Program-made: the position numbers and the translations under genes
In this document: positions 1-10,072 of the stretch, piece after piece
How the letters are laid out: every line of letters starts with the position of its first letter
How positions within the stretch are numbered: position 1 is the stretch's first letter
Source of the DNA: Candidatus Enterousia sp.
Lineage (GTDB): Bacteria; Pseudomonadota; Alphaproteobacteria; Rs-D84
Direction of reading: 5' to 3'
Length of the DNA: 64,000 nt
Assembly: GCA_045614665.1 (NCBI GenBank)
Contig: JAZLDI010000008.1
Coordinates: 1,084 to 65,083, forward strand
The notes under the pieces: model-generated
Database searches by the model: none
Told to the model about the DNA's origin: nothing
What the model saw: the letters and a program-made list of their open reading frames with translations, nothing else

Positions 1-338
1 TGGGCACAATCAGCACGGATATGTTAATGTCAGCGATTGCAACGGGTGACGCCAAAACAATCGCCACCGCACCCGGCGTTGGTAAAAAAGTCGCCGAAAA
101 AATTATTGTTGAATTAAAGAACAAGGTTGGTGGTGTGTCGGCAACATTGTTTGCACCGGACACGGGTGCAACGGGCACGTCATCTGCCCTACCCGATTTA
201 TTGATGGCGTTGGAATCACTGGGGTATCGTCGATTAGACATCTTGGAAATGGCACAAAAATTGGTAAATCAAAATCCAACCGCCGATGTATCAGCCCTGG
301 TCCCAATGGCATTAAAAGAAATAAGCGGAAATAAATAA
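1..338 (+). CDS. ruvA: Holliday junction helicase subunit RuvA, C-terminal part (5' end outside window)
   Basis: The ORF is open to the window start. It carries the HhH motif APGVGKKVAEKIIVELKNK and a C-terminal domain III-like tail. Stop is TAA. Confidence 0.85.
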   Translation, partial: GTISTDMLMSAIATGDAKTIATAPGVGKKVAEKIIVELKNKVGGVSATLFAPDTGATGTSSALPDLLMALESLGYRRLDILEMAQKLVNQNPTADVSALVPMALKEISGNK

Positions 339-1640
339 ATGAATAACAACGATACTATTTTTGCATTATCCAGTGGACACGGAAAATCCGGCGTTGCGGT
401 TATACGCATATCTGGGGAAAAACTTGGTGATATATTCGCACGGTTTGTGAATAAAACGAACATTGTACCGCGCCACGCATATTTTACAAACCTGCGTGAT
501 AACGCGGGCGAACTGATTGACCAATGCCTGGCAATTTATTTTTCCACCCCACACAGTTTTACCGGCGAAGACGTAATCGAATTACACACCCACGGCGCAC
601 CCGCGGTAATCAGCGCGGTATTTGAATATCTGGGCACAATGGGTATGCGCATGGCGACACCTGGCGAATTTTCACGGCGCGCATTCTATAACAACAAAAT
701 GGATTTGGCTGATATTGATGGATTGGCGGCACTGCTGGATGCCCAGACAGATATACAGCGTAAACACGCCCTGCAATCTATGTTGGGACGGGACAGCGAA
801 ATTTATAACACCTGGCGCAATCAAATGGTTGAAATATCTGCCTTTGCGGCGGCTACGCTGGATTACAGTCCCGACGACCTGCCACCAAACATTGGGGAAA
901 CAATTCAAAAACGAACCCAGAATCTATACGATGAAATTGGGGCAGCGTTGCGTGGATATCGTACGGCGCGTGCAATTCGTGGTGGGGTTAATATCGTATT
1001 GGTTGGCGAAACAAATGTTGGCAAATCATCGATATTTAATCACTTGGTTGGATCTAATCGTGCTATTGTGTCAGACATAGCCGGAACAACACGTGACATA
1101 GTATCTGCAACAATCGACATTGATGGCTATATGGTAAATTTATCTGATACCGCCGGCATCCGCGAAACAGATGACATCATAGAAAACATTGGTATTGAAC
1201 GCACAAAAAACGAAATAGAAAACGCAGACATTGTCATTCGTGTCTATACGCCGGAAAATATGCTTTACAACGATTGCGCGACAAATGAAATTATTGTTAT
1301 AAACAAATCGGATACGATTTCAATTTCTGAATATGCAAACGCCATCTATACATCGGCACATACGGGTGATGGCATGGACACTTTGATGAATATGTTGCGT
1401 GAAAAAATTCACAAGATGTTCGATGGGCAGGAATCTGAATTGGTGATTAACGCACGAACAAAATCATTATTGGAAACCGCACATAGCGAATTGGCAAGCG
1501 CAATTAGTGCGGGCGATAATTATGACATATTTGCCGAACACACACGTCGTGCGTCGGATGCCATTGGCAAAATATTGGGAACAATAACAGCTAATGAAAT
1601 ATTAGATATGACATTTGGGCAATTGTGTTTGGGGAAATAA
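339..1640 (+). CDS. mnmE: tRNA modification GTPase MnmE (TrmE)
   Basis: 433 aa. G-domain motifs GETNVGKSS, DTAGIR and NKSD are present, with the C-terminal C-x-G-K (CLGK) typical of MnmE. Confidence 0.95.
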   Translation: MNNNDTIFALSSGHGKSGVAVIRISGEKLGDIFARFVNKTNIVPRHAYFTNLRDNAGELIDQCLAIYFSTPHSFTGEDVIELHTHGAPAVISAVFEYLGTMGMRMATPGEFSRRAFYNNKMDLADIDGLAALLDAQTDIQRKHALQSMLGRDSEIYNTWRNQMVEISAFAAATLDYSPDDLPPNIGETIQKRTQNLYDEIGAALRGYRTARAIRGGVNIVLVGETNVGKSSIFNHLVGSNRAIVSDIAGTTRDIVSATIDIDGYMVNLSDTAGIRETDDIIENIGIERTKNEIENADIVIRVYTPENMLYNDCATNEIIVINKSDTISISEYANAIYTSAHTGDGMDTLMNMLREKIHKMFDGQESELVINARTKSLLETAHSELASAISAGDNYDIFAEHTRRASDAIGKILGTITANEILDMTFGQLCLGK

Positions 1641-1670
1641 AAAATCCCGCCGAACGGCGGGGATTTTTTT
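1641..1670. terminator. bidirectional rho-independent terminator between mnmE and secB
   Basis: A-run, then GC stem CCCGCC/GGCGGG with loop GAAC, then T-run. It sits between convergent genes. Confidence 0.75.
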
Positions 1671-2094
1671 ATTTTGCTTGTTTCTGTTCATACAGTTGTG
1701 CAAAATCCACCGGTTGCATTGTGAACGTTGGGAACCCAGATTCACTTGTCAAACGGGTAATCAGACCACGTACCGCCGGGAACAACAATGTTGGTACATC
1801 AATTAACAATGTACGTTTTTTTGCCTCTTCGTCTTTTTCTTCTTCCATTTGAACCAAACCGGAATATGTAGATTCAATCAAGAAAATAGACTTTTCACCC
1901 GCCTCTAACTTGGAATGAACTTTGGTAATCAAATCAACCATAAACAGATTGTTTTCAGCACCCTTGATTTGAATATCAATATTGATTTCTAATTTTGCCT
2001 GACCGTTGTCTTGTTTGAAAAACAATTCTGGCACATTTGGACTTTCAAAAGAAATGTCTTTCAAAAACTGGGATATAATATTGAATTTTGCCAT
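1669..2094 (-). CDS. secB: protein-export chaperone SecB
   Basis: 141 aa. The N-terminus FNIISQFLKDISFESPNVPE and the overall acidic profile are typical of SecB. Confidence 0.85.
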   Translation of the reverse strand: MAKFNIISQFLKDISFESPNVPELFFKQDNGQAKLEINIDIQIKGAENNLFMVDLITKVHSKLEAGEKSIFLIESTYSGLVQMEEEKDEEAKKRTLLIDVPTLLFPAVRGLITRLTSESGFPTFTMQPVDFAQLYEQKQAK

Positions 2095-2200
2095 TATTTA
2101 ATCTCCTTTTCTGGCGTTTTAAGACACTGGACTTACATTTGTCTTTTATGATAATATAGCATTATAAAAATATTTTACAAGTGGGGGATGGGTACAAAGT

Positions 2201-3289
2201 ATGAGAAATTTATGTTTTAGGATTTTAGGTATTATTTTTGCGGTTTTAACACTGGCGTCTTGCGACCTGTCGACACCAACATCATCAACGGATAATGCGG
2301 TTGTGCCATCTAATTTCAAGCGTGTTTCTTATTCCCAATTACCTGGTTGGCGTGATGACGATGTACGCTATGCCCTGCAAGCATTTCGTAATTCGTGCCG
2401 CGCAAAAATTCAATATGTTGGCCGCGTAATACCAGACAAAGAATTATTTGATGAAAAATGCCGTATGTTACCATCTGCGTCGGCGGATGTCGCAACGGTG
2501 CGTGCATGGTTTGAATCACATTTTCAGCCATATCAAATTTTTAACGACAATGGTGGGGACCGCGGAACATATACCGGATATTATTCGCCGGTGATTCCGG
2601 GGTGTCGTACAAAAACAGCCCAGTGTAACGAACCCCTGATGGGAATCCCAACTGATGGACGTGGATACAAGGGTGTTGCAAAAAAAGACATTGTTGAAAA
2701 ACAAATCGGCCGCGTATTGTATTGGGCAAATATTGTCGACGTACAAAATATTCAGATTCAAGGCTCTGGTGTGTTACGTCTGGAAGACGGGACGAATGTG
2801 AAGTTAAACTTTGCGGCTGTGAATGATATGCCATTCAAATCCATTGGCGAAGAATTGCGTCGTCGTGGCATTCGCCCGGCGGGTGGATATTCGGCGGATG
2901 CGGTTTGGACACACTTGAAACAAAATCCGTCATTGGCACGTGATGTGATTTACACAAATCCACGCTATGTTTATTTCTATGAATCAAAACCGGCCGACGT
3001 AATCGGAAAACTGGGTACACCATTATCCAAGATTCGCAGTGTCGCAATGGATGATGATTTGTACACATTGGGGTTGCCGGTTTATATAAATACTAATTTA
3101 TCAGATGGTCGTCCATTCCGTCGCCTTATGATTGCCCAGGACACCGGCAGTGCAATCCGCGGTTGGATTCGTGCAGATATATTCTTTGGCTCGGGCGACG
3201 AGGCATATAAATTAGCCCAGGGTCAACACGCCCAGGGACAGATGTTTATCCTGATGCCGAAAGTATACAGTTATGTCAAACCAGAATAA
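2201..3289 (+). CDS. mltA: membrane-bound lytic murein transglycosylase A (MltA family lipoprotein)
   Basis: 362 aa. Lipobox LTLASC is present. MltA/3D-domain motifs are present (TGYYSP, IQGSG, AQDTGSAIRG, RADIFFG). Confidence 0.85.
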   Translation: MRNLCFRILGIIFAVLTLASCDLSTPTSSTDNAVVPSNFKRVSYSQLPGWRDDDVRYALQAFRNSCRAKIQYVGRVIPDKELFDEKCRMLPSASADVATVRAWFESHFQPYQIFNDNGGDRGTYTGYYSPVIPGCRTKTAQCNEPLMGIPTDGRGYKGVAKKDIVEKQIGRVLYWANIVDVQNIQIQGSGVLRLEDGTNVKLNFAAVNDMPFKSIGEELRRRGIRPAGGYSADAVWTHLKQNPSLARDVIYTNPRYVYFYESKPADVIGKLGTPLSKIRSVAMDDDLYTLGLPVYINTNLSDGRPFRRLMIAQDTGSAIRGWIRADIFFGSGDEAYKLAQGQHAQGQMFILMPKVYSYVKPE

Positions 3290-3608
3290 CGACGATAAAT
3301 TTTCACGACGCGCCGCACGACCACAAAGTATGGCCGGTGTTATGGGTGGTTTTTTGAAAATGTTTGGCGCACGCGCATCAGATTCTGATTTGGTGGCACG
3401 CTGGGTTGAGATTATGGGGTCGGATATTGCGGCGGTGGCAACATTGGCGGCAATAAAAAAAATGCGTGATGATAAATTTAACGTTACAATTCGTCCCGCA
3501 AATCCGGCATATACATTACAATTGTCTTATATGGCAGATGAAATCACACAACGCATAAATAAATACTTTGGATATGATGCGGTCGGTAAAATAAGTTTTA
3601 GAAAATAA
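3273..3608 (+). CDS. DUF721 / DciA-like protein
   Basis: 111 aa. The pattern W..IMG..IA...........F.V.IRP.......L.......I..RIN...G....I.F resembles the DUF721 (DciA) family. It overlaps the mltA stop. Confidence 0.55.
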   Translation: MSNQNNDDKFSRRAARPQSMAGVMGGFLKMFGARASDSDLVARWVEIMGSDIAAVATLAAIKKMRDDKFNVTIRPANPAYTLQLSYMADEITQRINKYFGYDAVGKISFRK

Positions 3609-3627
3609 AAAATCCAAGGGGGATGAT

Positions 3628-4032
3628 ATGGAAGAAAAGTTAATAGAAACACTGGGTGTCGGTATCTTTGTAGGCTTGGTATTGACGTTAATGCTAATTC
3701 ATTGTTTGTGGTGTCGGCTTACTGTTGCTAAGGATACTATTACAGTGTCCGACAAAGGGATGGTTGTATCAAGTCGCGGTACAGGTGAAAATCGTACAAC
3801 AGTATCGCACTATATGGTTTATACAACCAAAGGTCAGGCAATCAAGAACACAAACTGTGTTTGGTTTTGGAAATTCAAAAGTGATGAATTACAAGGTAAA
3901 TTGAAAAAAGGAAAAAAATATAAAATAAAAACATGGGGTGTACGTATTCCATGGCTGGGATTGTATAAGCATATTATTTCTGCAACAGAAGTTAAAACAA
4001 ACAAAAAACGTGTTGTGAAAAAATCAAAATGA
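3628..4032 (+). CDS. small membrane-anchored hypothetical protein (DUF1523-like, tentative)
   Basis: 134 aa with one N-terminal TM helix and RBS AAGGGGG. Its TGA stop overlaps the ruvC ATG (ATGA). Confidence 0.5.
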   Translation: MEEKLIETLGVGIFVGLVLTLMLIHCLWCRLTVAKDTITVSDKGMVVSSRGTGENRTTVSHYMVYTTKGQAIKNTNCVWFWKFKSDELQGKLKKGKKYKIKTWGVRIPWLGLYKHIISATEVKTNKKRVVKKSK

Positions 4033-4505
4033 CAAAGCGTGTATTGGGGATTGACCCCGGACTTTTACATACGGGATGGGCGGTTGTGGATACCGTGGGT
4101 CAATCACGCAAATATGTCGCCAGTGGTGTAATTTTGCCGAAAACAACCCTACCTATGTCGAAAAGGTTGGTAATGATATTTCGTGAACTGTCACAAATTT
4201 GCGAAACATTTTCACCCGACGAATGCAGTATTGAAATTATATTTGTAAACAAAAATCCAAAAACTACATTAATCCTTGGTCAGGCACGTAGTGCCGCTAT
4301 CGTTGCGGTGGCGAACAACAATATCCCGGTGTTTGAATATGAACCCAATGTTATAAAAAAGGCCCTAACCGGGGCGGGACACGCGGATAAATCAGCCGTT
4401 GATAAAATGGTTAAAATTTTACTGCCGGTTGCCAATCCCAAAACCCCGGACGAGGCCGACGCCATCGCCATCGCATTGGCACACACCAATACGATGCGTA
4501 TATAA
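4029..4505 (+). CDS. ruvC: crossover junction endodeoxyribonuclease RuvC
   Basis: 158 aa. It has GIDPGL at the N-terminus and the C-terminal DEADAIAIALAH acidic catalytic motif. Confidence 0.92.
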   Translation: MTKRVLGIDPGLLHTGWAVVDTVGQSRKYVASGVILPKTTLPMSKRLVMIFRELSQICETFSPDECSIEIIFVNKNPKTTLILGQARSAAIVAVANNNIPVFEYEPNVIKKALTGAGHADKSAVDKMVKILLPVANPKTPDEADAIAIALAHTNTMRI

Positions 4506-4513
4506 AAATATAT

Positions 4514-7039
4514 CTAGTCCTTTACCCGGGCCAGGTCATCATAAACCTTGTACTTTTCTTCGCCGGTTTCGCGATATTCATACGGTGCATTCCCAACGGT
4601 ATAGATATTGAACAAATCTGAAACCTTGGCGACGGCGGCATCAATCATTGTTTGTGTTGTGTCACCATCATATGCAATCGGTTCAACCGCACCATTTTTC
4701 ATCTGTAAAAACATCATTATTGGCGTGGACGACACACGCACATCAGGCGGCAAATCAAATCCACCAGATTTCAGCATCAATGCCTCTAACGGTAATTGTG
4801 GCATATTCCCCTTGGTCAACTGTCCCTTGTTCGGGGCAGCACCCGTTTTAAAATCCATTACCCCGCCGTCCCAAACCAAATCTGCGCGCGCACGCACATT
4901 ACGGAAAGACGCACCAATCGGAAACTTTATCCGCCCCCCTATTTCGTGATATCGCACGGGCAAGGCACCCAAAACATTCGATACGACCGGCGCAATTTCT
5001 AAAAATCTTTTATGCCAAAAATGATATAGAACGCTTTTTTCACCAATCATTTCACGTGCACGCGCATCCATTTGTGCAACCAAAACATCTGGATTTAAAT
5101 CGGTTGCGTTTTCGATAACATCGTGCACCAGATTTCCAAACTTTTTTGCATCCGCCGTAACCCACCAATCATCCAGAACCTTTAGCCGCAAAATATGCTT
5201 AACATAGAATGCATACGGATTATGAATTAACAATTCTAATTCAGTTACATAAACATCACTCCAATCCGGGGTGTCCAGTTGTGGTGGCGAATAATCCAAA
5301 CCATTTGGTGTGGGATTATCACGCGCCGCCACCGCCCCCAGAATGTCGGCCCCCGCCCCATCATCAAACACACCACCGCGCGCCATAATACGGGAAATAA
5401 ATCGAGACTCGGTCGTTTGAACACCACCCGACACACTCGAACGCAGCCAATACACATCCCCGCCACACGACAAATTCATAAAATCTAATGATTGCAGTGA
5501 TACTTTTCTATTTGGTGACGGCAAACCAATCTGTTCCGCGACCCGACGTGGCAACCAAGCATTTTCATACCCGCGCGCGGGAAACATCCCCTCGTTCAAA
5601 CCGGTCAGGATTACAACATCTGCGGTCTGCATACGTGATTCAATCGTACCCAAAACAACCACACGCGCATCGCCATCTGGCATACTACGCACCGACACAG
5701 ATGAAATTGCATCCGCAATAAACGTACGCGCATCAGACACACTTAAACGCAATCCAACAACATTTATCGCATTTGATAATTCGCGTATTTTTTCCCAGAT
5801 ATCTACAACATCATCTGCAACAAATTGTGGTGCAAATTCAGAATCATAATTTTGAATAATTTCAGCAATTGTATTAAATAAATCATATCCATTTTTTTCA
5901 TAAAACTTATCAAATACATCTGATGAATTTTCAATCCACCCATCTAATAAATTCAATATAGCGCGCCCCGCAGGCGTCATTGTGCCAGGCACACCACCTG
6001 AAAAATCCCCCACTATTCCACGTGCACGCAACGCCGCCGCAATACGCTGATTTCCGGCGGCATCCGGCGTTATAACCAAGACATTTTTATCCCGCGCCAA
6101 TGCCCGCGTGGCAATTTCTGCAACAGCTGATGCCTCAACTGCTTCGCCACCACACTTGACTAAATGACAATGGGATAAATTTTTATTTCCCACATATTGT
6201 GCAGGATTATTACCAAATGCATAATTCATAAAATCAATTGCCGATGTTCCCACATCAATTGGAATGACATCAGATGCATCACAACCGATACGCGTTAAAA
6301 ACCTATATTCTGAATTATATGGATTTGTATCCAGCGCAAAATCATCAACCCGCCCATCAATTTTACCAGATAATATAATTCGTCCATAAGGCAACCTGGC
6401 CACCGCCGCCATTAAATCTGCGGTTGGCGGAACACTGGCGGTGGAACCACACACGACAACCAACTTGTATTTATCCAGAACATTTATCCAGGCACGAATA
6501 TCGCTGTTTCTTTGTTGTGTCTGTGTTACACGCCCCGCCCCAAATTCCGTCATCACCCGCGACATAATATTCAGCATTTGCGCCTTGTCCATAAAATGTG
6601 TGGCATATTTTTCATCTACCAAAGACGCCCAATCTATATCTGCGACATCTATCCCTTCGTTTTCAAGATAATCACACATACGCACCAAATCGCGTGCAAT
6701 CGGCAACGCCGTCGTCAGGTTATGTATCTTAGCATCCGCCGTCAACAAATGCGCCACAACAACAACACGTTCCATATTTGAAATAACATCTGGGGTATCT
6801 AATTCATCTGCATATTCGGCTTCATCTACCCCTTCGCCCAGGGCGACCAAATGTGGCAACAAAACCGCCGTCCCCGCACGTTTTACCAACGCCATCTCTA
6901 CCGTACGAACTGCACGACGACTGGGCAAAAATATCAGCATATCACGCAACTCCACCCCTGATGCATCCATAACCTGAAATAATGCATCAATCATTTTTGC
7001 CGGATTTGTCGCACAAAAGATATTTTTATTTAATCCCAA
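4514..7039 (-). CDS. addB: AddB-type double-strand break repair protein (PD-(D/E)XK nuclease C-terminus)
   Basis: 841 aa. It has a degenerate helicase-like N-terminal part and a C-terminal nuclease motif ..RADLVWDGGVMDFKTG.. as in alphaproteobacterial AddB. No addA is adjacent. Confidence 0.65.
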   Translation of the reverse strand: MGLNKNIFCATNPAKMIDALFQVMDASGVELRDMLIFLPSRRAVRTVEMALVKRAGTAVLLPHLVALGEGVDEAEYADELDTPDVISNMERVVVVAHLLTADAKIHNLTTALPIARDLVRMCDYLENEGIDVADIDWASLVDEKYATHFMDKAQMLNIMSRVMTEFGAGRVTQTQQRNSDIRAWINVLDKYKLVVVCGSTASVPPTADLMAAVARLPYGRIILSGKIDGRVDDFALDTNPYNSEYRFLTRIGCDASDVIPIDVGTSAIDFMNYAFGNNPAQYVGNKNLSHCHLVKCGGEAVEASAVAEIATRALARDKNVLVITPDAAGNQRIAAALRARGIVGDFSGGVPGTMTPAGRAILNLLDGWIENSSDVFDKFYEKNGYDLFNTIAEIIQNYDSEFAPQFVADDVVDIWEKIRELSNAINVVGLRLSVSDARTFIADAISSVSVRSMPDGDARVVVLGTIESRMQTADVVILTGLNEGMFPARGYENAWLPRRVAEQIGLPSPNRKVSLQSLDFMNLSCGGDVYWLRSSVSGGVQTTESRFISRIMARGGVFDDGAGADILGAVAARDNPTPNGLDYSPPQLDTPDWSDVYVTELELLIHNPYAFYVKHILRLKVLDDWWVTADAKKFGNLVHDVIENATDLNPDVLVAQMDARAREMIGEKSVLYHFWHKRFLEIAPVVSNVLGALPVRYHEIGGRIKFPIGASFRNVRARADLVWDGGVMDFKTGAAPNKGQLTKGNMPQLPLEALMLKSGGFDLPPDVRVSSTPIMMFLQMKNGAVEPIAYDGDTTQTMIDAAVAKVSDLFNIYTVGNAPYEYRETGEEKYKVYDDLARVKD

Positions 7040-7580
7040 GTATTGCCCTTATTGGTTCTAAGCCCGTCTTTTTTTCCGCCGATGTTTCCAAGATTTCTGG
7101 CACCATTGCACCATGTTCTGTATGCTTGATTTGCGTTTGATTTGCCTCTCGTACCTTTTTATCTTTTTTTGTATAAACAATCTGATACGGAATTGCATTT
7201 GCATCACAAAAATCCATTAAATCTAAATCTGCATCTTTGACGCCAACCCGCGAATCAATCAGTATAAACAGGCGTTTTAATTGCCGCCGATTTAACAAAT
7301 ATTCTTCCAACCTTTGCAGCCATCGCATCGCATCCGCCCGTGACACGCGCGCATATCCATAACCCGGCAAATCAACAATCATAACCCGGTCATCCATATT
7401 AAACATATTGATACTTTGCGTGCGCCCCGGGGTGTTTGACGTACGTGCAATTTGCACCCCAACAACCGCATTAACCAGGGATGATTTACCAACATTACTG
7501 CGTCCAATGAACGCATATTCAGCAAATTGCGTCCGCGGCAGGGATTTAACTGTTTCAAAACTGCCAACAAACTTAATCAT
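7026..7580 (-). CDS. engB: ribosome biogenesis GTP-binding protein YihA/EngB
   Basis: 184 aa. G motifs GRSNVGKSS, DLPGYG and TKKD are present. It overlaps the rsmI stop (ATGATTAA). Confidence 0.92.
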   Translation of the reverse strand: MIKFVGSFETVKSLPRTQFAEYAFIGRSNVGKSSLVNAVVGVQIARTSNTPGRTQSINMFNMDDRVMIVDLPGYGYARVSRADAMRWLQRLEEYLLNRRQLKRLFILIDSRVGVKDADLDLMDFCDANAIPYQIVYTKKDKKVREANQTQIKHTEHGAMVPEILETSAEKKTGLEPIRAILGIK

Positions 7581-8373
7581 CTTCCCCCCCTTGATTCAAC
7601 AAACGCTTATAAGCTTCTTTCTTTGAAATACCGCTGCGCGCGGCCAGTTCCGCCGCCGCATTTTTCGTGCGCCCACCCACAATATCATTTACAATTTCTG
7701 ATATTTCATCATCCGTCATTTTTTTATCAGGTGCCGGCCCCACAACAATAACAATTTCGCCACGCGGCGGCTCTATACGCAACAAATCTGCGGGATATCC
7801 AATAATGGTCTCTTCGTGAATTTTTGTAATTTCACGCACAATTGCAATTTGACGTTCGGGCATAACACGTGCAAATTCCGCAATTGTTTTCATAACACGG
7901 TTTGGACTTTCATAGTACACAATAGTATGACGAATTTTATTATCATCACGTAATTTCTTTTCATCAAAGAAACCACAGAACGTAAATCTGTCAGTTGGAA
8001 ATCCAGATAATACCAGCGCACTTATCACCGCCGTTGGTCCTGGTACAACAAACACATCTACACCAGCCGCACGTGCCGCACGCACAATACGAAATCCCGG
8101 ATCACTTACCCCCGGCATCCCAGCATCTGTCACAACCGCAATCGATTGTCCCATTTGAATTTTTTCAATCAGTCCATCGATAACCTCACGTTCATTATGT
8201 TCATGACACGACACGCGTTTTGTCTTTATATCAAAATGCGTGGCCAGTTTTCCAAACACCCGTGTATCTTCGGACGCAATTAAATCGACGTTTTTTAAAA
8301 CATCTATCGCGCGTGGCGACATATCAGACAAATTCCCAATCGGTGTTCCGACAATGTAAAGCCCTGATTGCAT
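7573..8373 (-). CDS. rsmI: 16S rRNA (cytidine1402-2'-O)-methyltransferase RsmI
   Basis: 266 aa. It has LYIVGTPIGNL at the N-terminus, AEDTR-like SEDTR, and SDAGMPGVSDPG. Confidence 0.92.
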   Translation of the reverse strand: MQSGLYIVGTPIGNLSDMSPRAIDVLKNVDLIASEDTRVFGKLATHFDIKTKRVSCHEHNEREVIDGLIEKIQMGQSIAVVTDAGMPGVSDPGFRIVRAARAAGVDVFVVPGPTAVISALVLSGFPTDRFTFCGFFDEKKLRDDNKIRHTIVYYESPNRVMKTIAEFARVMPERQIAIVREITKIHEETIIGYPADLLRIEPPRGEIVIVVGPAPDKKMTDDEISEIVNDIVGGRTKNAAAELAARSGISKKEAYKRLLNQGGEDD

Positions 8374-8409
8374 TCAAAATCCTTTTATAGTAAAATGATA
8401 CAAAATAAA

Positions 8410-10026
8410 ATGGATTTTTCAATGTATATGAATAAATTTTTACAATTTTTAGGCTTGATTGGATTATTGGCTGGATGCGCAACAACCGCGCCCGATGGCA
8501 CCTGGTCTGATGGTTATGATACAACCCAGGTGGGCCAGCCTATAAATATGCAATACGGTCGCCCAATGGATGAATATGGCACATTGGCACCCGACGACAC
8601 AACGCCACATCGTATTGCGGTATTATTACCAACATCTGGAAAGAATTCACAAATCGGCAAAAGCATTCAAACATCCATTACAACGGCGGCACTGGAACAC
8701 AATATGCCAAACCTGTCTATTGCGTTTTATGACACCGCAAGCGATGCCTCCACCGCAATCAGGGATGCCCTGGCCACGAATCCAGAAATAATAATCGGTC
8801 CGGTTTTTGCCGAAAACGCACGTATTTTACGTGACGCAAAACCTGAAAATATTCCGGCCCTGTCCTTTACATCGGATGCGATGGCGGTTGGCAATGGTGT
8901 TATGACAATGGCGTTAATGCCGACAAATTCCGTTGAAACAATCGTCAGTCAAATGTCCGCCGACGGCGTAAAGTCATTTATCATTCTGTCACCAAACACA
9001 ACGTCTGGGAAATTGATGGCGGCCGCGGCCACAAATGCAGCGGATATTTATAACGTGCCAGTGGGCGGCCTGTTCTATTACGACGAAGGCAACGCAAATT
9101 CTATCAAAGACACATCCAAGACCGCGTCTATGAACACAGCACGCGCGGCGGCAAACACACGCGCCCGCGAAATTTTGTCTGATATTTTAAGTAACGAACG
9201 CCTAACCGCATTGGAATATTCCAACCTGAATATGCAGCTGGAAAAGATTTCCCGCACCGACACATTGGGTCCCATACCATATGATGCGATATTATTCCTG
9301 GGCAACGCAGATGATACAAAAAAATTGGCATCGTTTATGCGATACTATGGCGTATCATCACGCGACGCGGCACATTATGGTACCGCAATGTGGGATGGCA
9401 CGGATATTGCGAACGACCTGACTCTGACTGGGGCAAAATATGCCAGTTTGCCCACAACAAGTGAAACATTTTCCAACACATACACCAATGTTACGGGAAC
9501 AACACCATCGCGAATGGCAACATTTGGATATGATGCAACCAATATGGCAATCGGTATGCTAAAATCCGACAAAAGTGATGCCGCATACCTACTGGACCCC
9601 AGTGGTTATATCGGCACAGACGGCCTGTTTCGCCTTAAACCAAACGGCGATAATGAACGTGCATTGCGTATTGTAAAATTAAATGGCGACGGCACAACCA
9701 CAGACATAAAAACCGCACCAACAAATTTCATTCGCCCAATATATAATATTGAACCACGTCGCATTACCCCCGCCGAACCATTTAATTTAAAAACCCGGGG
9801 CATAAATCCAAACGATTATATTCGTATCCCAGAACGCCTGATGGAAAAATATAAATCACAAACATTTGGTGCAAATATGACGGCCGAACCGGCACAACGA
9901 CCAACAAACGTCGTAACCGTTGTCCCCACCGATGAAAGCGCCCCCGTGCGCGTATCGGAATACACACCGGTAAAATTAGAATCTGTTAACAGAAAATATA
10001 TCGACGAAATTGAAATAGAAGAATAA
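8410..10026 (+). CDS. LpoA/LppC-like lipoprotein (periplasmic-binding-protein fold)
   Basis: Lipobox LLAGC is present. It is divergent from rsmI, as lpoA (yraM) is in E. coli. The fold looks like a type I periplasmic binding protein. The exact start is uncertain (8410, 8422 or 8428). Confidence 0.55.
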   Translation: MDFSMYMNKFLQFLGLIGLLAGCATTAPDGTWSDGYDTTQVGQPINMQYGRPMDEYGTLAPDDTTPHRIAVLLPTSGKNSQIGKSIQTSITTAALEHNMPNLSIAFYDTASDASTAIRDALATNPEIIIGPVFAENARILRDAKPENIPALSFTSDAMAVGNGVMTMALMPTNSVETIVSQMSADGVKSFIILSPNTTSGKLMAAAATNAADIYNVPVGGLFYYDEGNANSIKDTSKTASMNTARAAANTRAREILSDILSNERLTALEYSNLNMQLEKISRTDTLGPIPYDAILFLGNADDTKKLASFMRYYGVSSRDAAHYGTAMWDGTDIANDLTLTGAKYASLPTTSETFSNTYTNVTGTTPSRMATFGYDATNMAIGMLKSDKSDAAYLLDPSGYIGTDGLFRLKPNGDNERALRIVKLNGDGTTTDIKTAPTNFIRPIYNIEPRRITPAEPFNLKTRGINPNDYIRIPERLMEKYKSQTFGANMTAEPAQRPTNVVTVVPTDESAPVRVSEYTPVKLESVNRKYIDEIEIEE

Positions 10027-10072
10027 CATCCTTTTGCGATATATCCCGACGCATTATAGAATATACCGGGAT

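Noticed and set aside
8368-8409. Start of the LpoA-like gene at 8368, overlapping the divergent rsmI start.
   Set aside because: Divergent genes sharing their first codons is implausible. The lipoprotein signal peptide begins about 15-20 codons later, so a start at 8410-8428 is preferred. The exact codon is unresolved.
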